NCBI GenBank assembly: GCA_946965045.2
Contig: OX337241.1
Span: 2,418,001 to 2,482,000 of the forward strand
Direction of reading: 5' to 3'
Source: Epithemia pelagica
Lineage: Eukaryota > Protista > Bacillariophyta
DNA: 64,000 bases
Every line of letters starts with the position of its first letter. The first letter of the stretch is position 1. A program made the translations under genes and the position numbers. This document shows positions 10,190 to 20,096 of this stretch, piece by piece. The notes beneath the pieces were generated by a model. That model did no database searches and was not told the origin of the DNA. It saw only the letters and a list, made by a program, of their open reading frames with translations.

Positions 10190-10216
10190 TTGTCCAGTCG
10201 AGATTCTCGGTGGAGG

Positions 10217-10643
10217 GGGTTTTGGTTCCTACAAGTTGAGAGAAAGCCGACATGGCAAGGCGTTTTCTCTTCTTGATTGTTGGTTTATGGGTTTGTTCCG
10301 TTACAGTCTGCTGTCCCTTGCCCCCTTTGCGATTGCATGGTGCTACCTGATTGCGTTGGGGGAATCCAGGGGAACAAACAGGAGTCTCGACATGGTTCAT
10401 CTACCCGTGGCTGATAAATTGGTACCCTTAGCTGGTTACAGAACACCGGCTTTGGCCCTGAGTGGAGAAGGTGTCGCCTTCCCCCCACAACACGATCTAA
10501 TCATATGACTATGATCGCGAGAATCTAATTTGTTTAAGTTATTGAGTTGTTTCATCTGTTTGTTCGCCTTGTATCTTTGGCTGCGAGGGATCTCTTGCTT
10601 GGATGGCTACGAGGAAGGGCCCAAGGTCGGCGTGCGAGTGCCC
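10217..10643 (+). repeat. Split direct repeat B1 (427 bp)
   Basis: gggttttggttcctac...gcgagtgccc, repeated at 11182-11608. Confidence 0.95.
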
Positions 10644-11126
10644 TCAATGTACATCAAAGTTTAAGCGGGATCAAGAAGCGGGATTGGACCACGTCACGGA
10701 GCCTGCGCATTGATTGTGAGCGAAGAGAGAGAGCCGGGCGAGATCCAGAGAACATCGCCGGCACACCGAACAGGAAATAGATGAGGCAGAACAGGCGTGC
10801 AATTCGGAAGTCGAATTTGAGAAAGTATGTGTATCGCATCTACTGCGACAAAACACTTCCTGTTCAATCTCTGAAGTGCTATCATGCAAGAACCAAGGAC
10901 TCGGCCTTTCAAGAGACCTGGCTTATATGGAAGCAGACAACAATGCGCCAAAATGAGGTCCCTAGTGGAGCGCAAGCATCGACCAGATCCACTGAGCCAA
11001 AGACGCAACAAACAAGACAAGAGGGAGAAGGAGCTCTCACTCTTTAGATTTCCTACGGTTCGACGGCGAAGGCTTGATCACCTTTGGCGTTGTTCTGAGT
11101 TCTCTGAAGAGCTGAATCTCCAACTT
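10643..11126 (+). repeat. Split direct repeat A2
   Basis: Copy of 1926-2409, directly abutting B1. Confidence 0.95.
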
Positions 11127-11181
11127 TCACAGGCACCAGCTAAGTGCCTAGTATTTTCTTTTTTCCCTCCCTTCCCGCCCT

Positions 11182-11608
11182 GGGTTTTGGTTCCTACAAG
11201 TTGAGAGAAAGCCGACATGGCAAGGCGTTTTCTCTTCTTGATTGTTGGTTTATGGGTTTGTTCCGTTACAGTCTGCTGTCCCTTGCCCCCTTTGCGATTG
11301 CATGGTGCTACCTGATTGCGTTGGGGGAATCCAGGGGAACAAACAGGAGTCTCGACATGGTTCATCTACCCGTGGCTGATAAATTGGTACCCTTAGCTGG
11401 TTACAGAACACCGGCTTTGGCCCTGAGTGGAGAAGGTGTCGCCTTCCCCCCACAACACGATCTAATCATATGACTATGATCGCGAGAATCTAATTTGTTT
11501 AAGTTATTGAGTTGTTTCATCTGTTTGTTCGCCTTGTATCTTTGGCTGCGAGGGATCTCTTGCTTGGATGGCTACGAGGAAGGGCCCAAGGTCGGCGTGC
11601 GAGTGCCC
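11182..11608 (+). repeat. Split direct repeat B2 (3' terminus of the element)
   Basis: Copy of 10217-10643. Identity ends after gagtgccc. Confidence 0.95.
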
Positions 11609-11715
11609 AACGATCCCCGAAAACTCTGAGCCAACAACATGAAACGCCTTAGCGTCTTTAATTATCCGTTAATGAAAAGGGAGTGCTTCACTACATGAGA
11701 AAAAATCAATTAATA

Positions 11716-11745
11716 TTACCGTAAAATCACATCTATTGCACCATC
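11716..11745 (+). repeat. Left terminal inverted repeat of the MULE-like element
   Basis: ttaccgtaaaatcacatctattgcaccatc is the reverse complement of 18290-18320 apart from one A in the A-run. Confidence 0.88.
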
Positions 11746-12142
11746 CGTTGAAATTTTCAGGCTCGCGTTCTATATGCACAATGTGTACCACCCAACGGAT
11801 TGGTGGTTAATTTTCCGAATCAATTATAGATTATTTCCGAATTATGTTTGAATGTATAACATCATAAGTATTTTTAATTGAACAATCTTGAGAAGCTCAT
11901 TCGAAAGAGACTCCCGATTAAACACACCCAGTTTTTCAATCCCATTTCCTTTTAAAACTCCGGGTACCCTTCCAATCACGCACGCCCCCCGGCCAAGGGC
12001 TAGTCGCCTATGTATTCCAAAGAGCATTGGATATATAGACAAACAACACGCTTTCATCGTGACCATAAAATTGGCCACCCCGCGCTGGACAAATTCAAAT
12101 CCATTTCCAGTTCAAAAACCGTCACATAGTTTGCATCCTATC

Positions 12143-15100
12143 ATGGTGGACAATAACGCTCAGCCCCTATCTGAGGATAACCTGGTTCCTATCCAAGATC
12201 TAACACAACAATACCTGGATGATCTCTTTGCATCATTGGACAAAGAATGGCACTCGCCACTACAATTCCAAATGCATGTAGGCAACAATTGTGCCAACAG
12301 TGACACAACTGTGGAACTGGACATTTGTGCCTTCTTTGGCCGACTACAAGCAGCGAATGGCATCAAGGGCAAGTACGCATACTTTGATCGTAGCACATAC
12401 CCTCCTCTCCAATCTGCAGATGAACTCTCAAAGGAAGGCAATTCAATGGCAAATCTTCACCAAGATTTAGTTGCAAAATCTTTAACATCCGGTTTTGTTC
12501 TTGTGAGCAACGGTAACTCCACCAAGAATTCTGCGCTTGCTTCCCGTAAACACTTCCCTGAAGGAAGTTCCCCTCCCTTTTTTTTCAAGAACCTTTTGAT
12601 GTGAACGTTACAGAGTCTACCGAAAGCGTAAAGCAAGTGATGAACCTTCCATTCAGCAATACCGTGGCATTTCTTTGCACAACAATCAACGAGCTAATAG
12701 TCGAGGACCGGAGGGTAGGAAACAAGCGCGTAAACGCATCACCAACCGAGCACTACATCGTGATCATACTTGCTCTTTTCATTTCACGGTCTTTGCCAAT
12801 TCCAAAGGTTTCTATATCACCAGAGTCGCCGGGAATGCATGTCACTGCAACCACATGAAGAAGATGTCATCTGACATTCCATTTCGCATTAGGAACTTTA
12901 CTGCTCAACAACGCAAACGTGCGGGTGAACTTGGCAATGCATTTACAGGACCAGCGGCTGGTCGCAACTACTTCCACGCTAATGGCAATTTGACCATTAC
13001 TCGTGATCAAATGCGATATGCTTTTCGTGTGACTGACACAACAGGAATGTACCACTTTGATGGAATACGTGCATCTGCAGAAGCCGTAGTTGAATGGCTT
13101 CGTACTGCCGAAAGTTTAAGCTACTGCATTTGGGGAGCGCGCCCAGACAGTGTTACCGATGCTCATATGGAACGGCAGTCAGGGTTAATCTTCAATGAGA
13201 ACAAAGAAGAAGATGGGAACCACAGTGTTTCAGCCTTGACTCACTTTTGTCAAGAGATCCTCCATGAATATACTACTGAAATGGAAAATCTGAAACTTGA
13301 TGTTGACCAGAATATGTTCATTGCTTGTGCTTGGATCACGAATAAGGAGCGGCGAATGTTTCGACTGTTTCCGCATGTACTGAAGATTGATGTCACCAAA
13401 GGAACAAATAGAGAAAACCGCCCCTTAATGACTGTGTCAATGCGCACGGCCTATGGAAAATATCTTGTCATCATGCGAATGTTTCTATCCAATGAGAGAA
13501 GAACAACATTTCGATGGGTTTTCTGCATTGCTTTTCCGACTCTTCTTGGAACACAGTGGATAGCACGGGTCAAGGCCATAGTAACTGATGGAGACTCCCA
13601 TGAAATTGAAGAATTGGAAGAATTGATGCGTCGATACATGCCACACTGCATCAGAATCCGTTGTGGCTGGCATATCATTTTCAAGGGTTGGAGTAGGCAG
13701 TGCTCCATTGAGGGAGCAATTCCACGGGAATACAAACGCACATACCGGCAATTTGCAACCACTGTAAAGAAGTGGTGTTACTCATTCATGTATCCACGCT
13801 ACTGTGAAAGTGAACACGAACTCCACATCTCAAAATGTCTTCTTCTTGCCTTTGTTTACTCCAGGCCTGTTCGCACTTTCTTGACCCCCCAGCTCCGGAA
13901 AGTTATCCACAACTTTCTTATTGGCTATGTCTTTGTTCACGACAGGCACTTGTGCTTCCATTATCGTAAAGGAATCTGCTATTATGAAGAATCGACAAAC
14001 AGCAGTCATGAAGGCACAAATCTTGGCTTAAAGGAACATTCTGCACCAGTGTTGGCCAACAGAACTGTTGCATTCAATGCAGCTATGCTCAAGCTCCAGT
14101 CTGACATGGCCATTGATGAACAGATGCATCGTGCGTCCTCAAGTGTAGAAGCAACGGCCACCTGGACAAACCGCCTTCCAGCCAACGGTTTTGTCACAGA
14201 ATTGTGTCTTGATCTGGCAACAAAATCATGGAATTTCGGGAAGAACTATAGTGTCCGTCGTGCACCTGTCCCCTTTTCTCCATGGCAATGGCACGTTGTT
14301 ATAAGCGACCCCTCTATTGTCAACAATGAAAAAAAACATTTGCTTCCTGTGTGGCATCGCACTCGATGTGTACATCTGAACAAAATGGGACGCCTGGAGT
14401 GCACCTGTATGTCTTTTGAACAACGCGGGATACCATGTGCTCACCAAGCAGCTGTGCTTATGCACGAGTATCCTAGCTACAAAGGATTTACCCACCATGA
14501 TGTGAGTATTGTGTGGTGGAAGAAACATGTCTTCCTTGGTCTCCGTGACGGGAATAACAATGTTGATGAGTGCATCCAGCACTTGCTGGACAACGACATA
14601 TCAGGACCTAAATTTCCCCTTCCCCTTCAAAATATAGATGGCTGGACAGAAGGCCCGTACAACACGGGAGACAATCCCATCAAATTCAAACATCTGCACG
14701 TTGATCCAAAAAGTAGTTGTGTGAACTATACAGAAGATCAAATACTGCGTGCTATCAATACATTTGGAGGAAGCCTTGTCTCAAATGCAACAGCAACAAC
14801 AACAACAACAAGGGAAACGGAGATATGTCCCGATCCTGGATATCTGTCCCAAGAATGTTTTGTCACAAATGATGACATCACAAACAATGCTTACACAACC
14901 CAAATGCCAGCATTTCCTTCGTTTACAGATGGCCAAGGCACGTACGACGCGCATTTCTCCACCCAGGAGAGTGAGGAGAATGAAATTTTCCTGCAGGCAA
15001 TTGAAGAAGAAGCTGGGGAGCAAATGACAACACAACAATTCATTTCATGTATTCGCGAAGAGGTTTCAGAACTACAGGATCTTTTCCGGTCTGGTAACTA

Positions 15101-15290
15101 TGTCGCTTCTGATCACAATCTTTTATCCCATCTTGAGTCATTTCGCCAACTACGTCGAGACATACGCCGGAAAATGGCAGAACGGGGACATCACAACCAA
15201 GGTCAGGAATGGGTTTCGGCCAATGCTGAACAAACCCAGCATAAACGTCGTTTCCGTGGTGCCACATTAGGTCTGACGTCTTTCACCTAG
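12143..15290 (+). pseudogene. MULE-family DDE transposase with SWIM zinc finger; 5' part disrupted (frameshift at T8 run 12578-12585 plus TGA at 12597-12599) unless removed by an intron
   Basis: Motifs LKIDVTKGTNRENRPL (D1), IVTDGDSHE (D2), RCGWH (CxxH), SHEGTN (E) and SWIM CTCMSFEQRGIPCAH in ORF 12675-15290. Its frame is open upstream to 12600. The N-terminal piece (ATG 12143 to about 12585) is in another frame. Confidence 0.8.
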
Positions 15291-15356
15291 TTTGTAAAAC
15301 TCCTATAACAGATCTAAACAATATTGTGCGTTTGTTTATGCAACATATGTTTTACT

Positions 15357-16778
15357 TTAATGACTTGTTTTGTTCTTGGCAGCTGCCAAAATTGCTTTTT
15401 CATTGTCCGTGATAGAAATTGTGTTGTCGTTCTTACCCACCACTGCAGTCTTCAAATAGCATGTCAGACAAAAGATGTCATGTTTGGTTGCCCGCTTGGA
15501 GACACAATGGTACTCAAGAGGATTGAAAATGATGATGTCGAGGTGTCGTAACGCCACAACTTGTCCATGTTCTGAGAAGACAAATTGAGCCAAAACTTCA
15601 TCCTTGTCTTTGTTACTTGGTTCCACAAGCATGACGACAGAAATGGACAGACCAAAGTCGTTGTCTGTATGGGCTTGAAGGAAAACGTTTCGTCCGAACG
15701 CAACAGAGGAGAAGAAATGTGTACTTTTCCCCTTGTGGGACCACAACTTGAATTCACCATTTCTTGCAGCGTTCTCGAACGCAAAAGAATAAGACCAGTC
15801 AATCCATTTTTCCAGCTGTGTCTCAAGCTGTTTGATGAATTGTAAGATTACCCATTTCTCCTTTGCTTTCAACTTAGAAAACTTTGAATCTACCAGCCCT
15901 TTTCTTCCCCGATTTGCATGGACACCAAGAGTGATGTAGTTTGTCTTGTGTTCATCACATCCGACATAACGTGACTTGCCACGTGATTGATGGTTGCATG
16001 TTGTCTCCAACTTCTCAAGAACATCAAGTAGGTACTGTGTCACATTATCACTTGTTAGAATTTGACGTGGCGGTTTGAGAAACGCAGGTAGTTTCTGGTT
16101 ATCTGGAGGAAAGATACTTCCTTGGTCACCAGACTCTCCAATTACTTTCCAGCTTGACAAGGAAACAGGGTGGGGGACATTTGGAGTGCATTTGGATAGC
16201 TCCAGCGGACCATCGGTAGGGTCATTTGTGAAGACTAGGCAGAACTTTTGTAGAACAGAAGAAGAAATCTTCAATGAATCAGGTGCTTCGGTAATCTCTT
16301 TCAATGCGTCTTCCTGCTTTTGTCTCTTCTTATTCCGGCAATATCGTTGTGCAGAAGACCTTGGCATGGAAGATGCTTTGGCAACCAAAGCAGCAACTTG
16401 TGTCCTTTGAGAACATGGTTTGTTGGACTTGAACACATGAAAAGCATTAGTAACATCAAAGCCTGTATGTTCTTCAGCTATGTTCTGCAGAATCTCATCC
16501 TGACTTAATCTCCGTGCAAGCCCCCCCGTACTTTTGTTGGCATGTACATTTGAAGATGTACTGCCTAAGCACTGGGCGGTGAGAGCCTGACCATTATGGT
16601 CTGGTTCTAAACGACCTCCCTTGAGGGCTTGCTTGGACATCACCCACGACAAATCCTGATGTAGACAACCAAAAAGACCCCAAATTCCAAAATCAAATCG
16701 CTTCTGAAGGACCAAAGCAATCAAACCAAGCAAGGTATCGTTAGAACTGTCTTGAAAAAGGGCTTTCCAACGAGCCAT
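15357..16778 (-). CDS. TET/JBP-like Fe(II)-dependent dioxygenase (473 aa ORF)
   Basis: C-terminal double-stranded beta-helix signature FSSVAFGRNVFLQAHTDNDF (HxD)...IIIFNPLEYHCVS (distal His)...CLTCYLK. The spacing resembles TET/JBP enzymes. The true 5' end is uncertain because it lies in the tandem array. Confidence 0.7.
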   Translation of the reverse strand: MARWKALFQDSSNDTLLGLIALVLQKRFDFGIWGLFGCLHQDLSWVMSKQALKGGRLEPDHNGQALTAQCLGSTSSNVHANKSTGGLARRLSQDEILQNIAEEHTGFDVTNAFHVFKSNKPCSQRTQVAALVAKASSMPRSSAQRYCRNKKRQKQEDALKEITEAPDSLKISSSVLQKFCLVFTNDPTDGPLELSKCTPNVPHPVSLSSWKVIGESGDQGSIFPPDNQKLPAFLKPPRQILTSDNVTQYLLDVLEKLETTCNHQSRGKSRYVGCDEHKTNYITLGVHANRGRKGLVDSKFSKLKAKEKWVILQFIKQLETQLEKWIDWSYSFAFENAARNGEFKLWSHKGKSTHFFSSVAFGRNVFLQAHTDNDFGLSISVVMLVEPSNKDKDEVLAQFVFSEHGQVVALRHLDIIIFNPLEYHCVSKRATKHDIFCLTCYLKTAVVGKNDNTISITDNEKAILAAAKNKTSH

Positions 16779-17858
16779 TCAATGTTGAAATCCGACTTAC
16801 ATGTAGAAAGTTATCAAGGGTAGTAGGAGAGGGTGCTGGAACAGCCACCAAAAAGACCCCAAATTCCAAAATCAAATCGCTTCTGAAGGACCAAAGCAAT
16901 CAAACCAAGCAAGGTATCGTTAGAACTGTCTTGAAAAAGGGCTTTCCAACGAGCCATTCAATGTTGAAATCCGACTTGCATGTAGAAAGTTATTAAGGGT
17001 AGTAGGAGAGGGTGCTGGAACGGCCACCAAAAAGACCCCAAATTCCAAAATCAAATCGCTTCTGAAGGACCAAAGCAATCAAACCAAGCAAGGTATCGTT
17101 AGAACTGTCTTGAAAAAGGGCTTTCCAACGAGCCATTCAATGTTGAAATCCGACTTACATGTAGAAAGTTATCAAGGGTAGTAGGAGAGGGTGCTGGAAC
17201 AGCCACCAAAAAGACCCCAAATTCCAAAATCAAATCGCTTCTGAAGGACCAAAGCAATCAAACCAAGCAAGGTATCGTTAGAACTGTCTTGAAAAAGGGC
17301 TTTCCAACGAGCCATTCAATGTTGAAATCCGACTTGCATGTAGAAAGTTATTAAGGGTAGTAGGAGAGGGTGCTGGAACAGCCACCAAAAAGACCCCAAA
17401 TTCCAAAATCAAATCGCTTCTGAAGGACCAAAGCAATCAAACCAAGCAAGGTATCGTTAGAACTGTCTTGAAAAAGGGCTTTCCAACGAGCCATTCAATG
17501 TTGAAATCCGACTTGCATGTAGAAAGTTATTAAGGGTAGTAGGAGAGGGTGCTGGAACGGCCACCAAAAAGACCCCAAATTCCAAAATCAAATCGCTTCT
17601 GAAGGACCAAAGCAATCAAACCAAGCAAGGTATCGTTAGAACTGTCTTGAAAAAGGGCTTTCCAACGAGCCATTCAATGTTGAAATCCGACTTACATGTA
17701 GAAAGTTATCAAGGGTAGTAGGAGAGGGTGCTGGAACAGCCACCAAAAAGACCCCAAATTCCAAAATCAAATCGCTTCTGAAGGACCAAAGCAATCAAAC
17801 CAAGCAAGGTATCGTTAGAACTGTCTTGAAAAAGGGCTTTCCAACAAGCCATTCAATG
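16669..17858. repeat. Tandem array, 179-bp unit x about 6.6 copies
   Basis: ccaaaaagacccc recurs at 16669, 16848, 17027, 17206, 17385, 17564 and 17743. Full units differ at only three transition sites. Confidence 0.97.
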
Positions 17859-18289
17859 CAACATGCAAGTACAAAGGTAGTAGGTGATTTTCTTCGGGAG
17901 ACCGTTGGAAGAGGGGACAGTTGATACACGTGCCTTGACACGTGCCTGGAGCGGCAGCATGGGGTGCTGACAGGCGTGGGAATGCAGATGGGGTCAGTTC
18001 TTATGCGACTGAAAAACTGGGTGTGGTTAATCGGGATTAGGCGCTTTCCAAATCACTGCGGTTCGTGAAAATCGGACTTACCCTTCCCATAATATCGACG
18101 ATTGAAAATTCGTCAGTGTTCGTGCGAAAGATAAGGATTTTTTGCCATGGCTTCTCCCCCCACCCTCTCCACCACGATGGCAATGCTCCGTGGTGGAGGG
18201 AGTGGGGCTCTGTTGGAGGGAGAGGCACGCGATTTTTGGGTAGGGCGCGCTCATTCTACAGGTAAATCGTGCGTTTTCTGCACCAATAC

Positions 18290-18320
18290 GATGGTGCAAT
18301 AGATGTGATTTTTACGGTAA
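18290..18320 (-). repeat. Right terminal inverted repeat of the MULE-like element
   Basis: gatggtgcaatagatgtgatttttacggtaa. Confidence 0.88.
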
Positions 18321-18621
18321 GCGCTATGCTATTACAAGCGCTAGGGATACCAAATTCTGGTCGCAGTCGCAGAAGTATGGAGAAGGGCGTGCGCGTGCGC
18401 GTGGATGCGAGATTCATTCTCACGCCAGCCAGTCCTCGCTTCCGGCGTTCTCTCCCTCCGGTCGACCCACCAAGAGAGAGTTTTCTTGTTGTTGTAGATT
18501 GTCCATGGCAGCAAGCTGAACGTTCGCCTTGAGCTTGTAGTGTTTTGTCTAGTGCAGGATAGAAATAGTTTGTTGCAACGAACCCAACCAAATCAGTCAA
18601 GACAAAACAATACCAACCAGC

Positions 18622-19580
18622 ATGGCATCTTCACCCAGCGATGAGGATTGGAAAAAGGTGACCAAGTTGGTCGATCAATTCATGAATCGACCCGATACAG
18701 GTACAAAGAAACCATATAGTTTGTTCAGAGTCTCCTTCTTTCTTCTTGTATGCATGTTCTCAATTCCATCCTTTTCATTATTCGTTGGAACATGACAGAG
18801 CCGTTTCGAGAGCCCGTGGATTGGAAGGCGCTCGGTAAGTCTAATGCAACGAGCCTAAGTACAACAATGGCAAGAAAAGGACGCATCTAACGGTTCGTTT
18901 GGCACGTACATAAACCTACAACACCGCTGCTTTCTATTCTACCAGGCTTGTTTGATTATCCCAAAATTGTCCCCGAGCCCATGGATTTGGGCACGGTGAA
19001 GAAAAAGTTGCAGAAAAAAGAGTACAAAACCTTGCAACAAGTCGGATTGGATGTGCGAAAAATATGGTCCAATTGTCAAGATTACAATCAAGAGGGGTCC
19101 GATTTTCACAAATTGGCGGGGACGTTGCGAAAACGATGGGATGACAAATTTACCAAATTGGTGGCCGACAGTCGATCGGCTACCACTACGAGTGGTACTA
19201 CCAGTGCGGGGGATGCCCCCATGGATGTGGAGGCCACACCAGCAGCTCCACCACCACCGTCCCAACCACCCATTTCCACCTTGGCCGAACGCAAATCCTT
19301 TGCCAAATCCTTGTTTGCGTTGACCAAGGAAGATTTGGGGAAATTGTTGGTGGAAATTGAAGCCAAATGTCCATCGGCCTTGACACGGAATGCGGCCGAA
19401 GATGAAGTCGAAGTCAATGTGGACAAGTTGTCCTCGGCGCTCTTGTTGGAACTCTCCGTCTTTGTGGCATCCACGACCCAAAAACCACCCAAGGCATCCA
19501 ACAGTAAAAAGGGAGGATCCAATTCCAACAAGCGTGCCAAAACTAACCCCAAACCTGCTGCATCGGCAGCTTCCAACTAG
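18622..19580 (+). CDS. BET/GTE-type bromodomain + ET (NET) domain protein; exons 18622-18700, 18799-18834, 18946-19580
   Basis: GT-AG splicing gives [34 protein letters not shown]...IWSNCQDYN (bromodomain). ET domain TLAERKSFAKSLFALTKEDLGKLL...EVEVNVDKL. Confidence 0.9.
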
Positions 19581-20096
19581 ACCAACTCTCTCTCTCTCTC
19601 TGTCTACTGCTACACTTTTTACTTCTGCTACTGTGTGTCTACTTTCTTTGGGGGGAGTAGAGATAGTGAACGGTTTGGCGCAAGGCACTGGTCCAACGAC
19701 ACGCACCATCCGTCGGAGGCATAAGGTTGCCGACCTTCCAAGGGAGAGTCCACGGGAGCGATACAAGAGGTGCGGATAGACCACGGCAATCACACAACAG
19801 TGTGTTCCATCCAGCGTAGACAGCAGCACACGCTCCTCTTTCCTCTCTTTTGTATGGATACGCCAACGAGAGAGAAACGTGCGGACTGGACACGATTTGC
19901 AGCATTGGGTCTCCTGGAAATTTTGGAAACGCCAGAAACGAAACCACCGGTCGAACGGAGACATTGCAATCATGTTTCAAAACTGTGGACCTGTCCACGA
20001 TATGGCTGTGCCGTCGCTTCGGATCCGTCGATTCGTTTCAGGAGTTCATTCTTTTTGACCCCGAGAGTCCTGTTGTATACCATCCCTACGTGTCCC

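Larger units (their letters stand above)
1926..11608 (+). mobile_element. Full-length Ngaro/DIRS-type tyrosine-recombinase retrotransposon with split direct repeats (A1-ORFs-B1-A2-B2)
   Basis: A1 (1926-2409) matches A2 (10643-11126) at offset 8717. B1 (10217-10643) matches B2 (11182-11608) at offset 965. Internal gag-like, RT/RNaseH and tyrosine recombinase ORFs. The A1...B1A2B2 layout is the established Ngaro/PAT architecture. Confidence 0.93.
11719..18317 (+). mobile_element. Mutator-like (MULE/SWIM) DNA transposon carrying a TET/JBP-like dioxygenase ORF and a tandem array
   Basis: About 30-bp terminal inverted repeats at 11716-11745 and 18290-18320 (one A indel), each end flanked by TA. 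They enclose the transposase, a convergent dioxygenase ORF and the 179-bp array. Confidence 0.8.

Noticed and set aside
10236-11473. Hydrophobic about 90-110 aa ORFs in the B repeats
   Set aside because: They lie in terminal repeats and use non-ATG starts. Nothing supports coding.
16669-17858. Possible CRISPR array
   Set aside because: Units are near-identical along their whole 179 bp with no unique spacers. The context is eukaryotic and there are no cas genes.
18939-19973. 344-aa minus-strand ORF
   Set aside because: Antisense shadow of the bromodomain gene.
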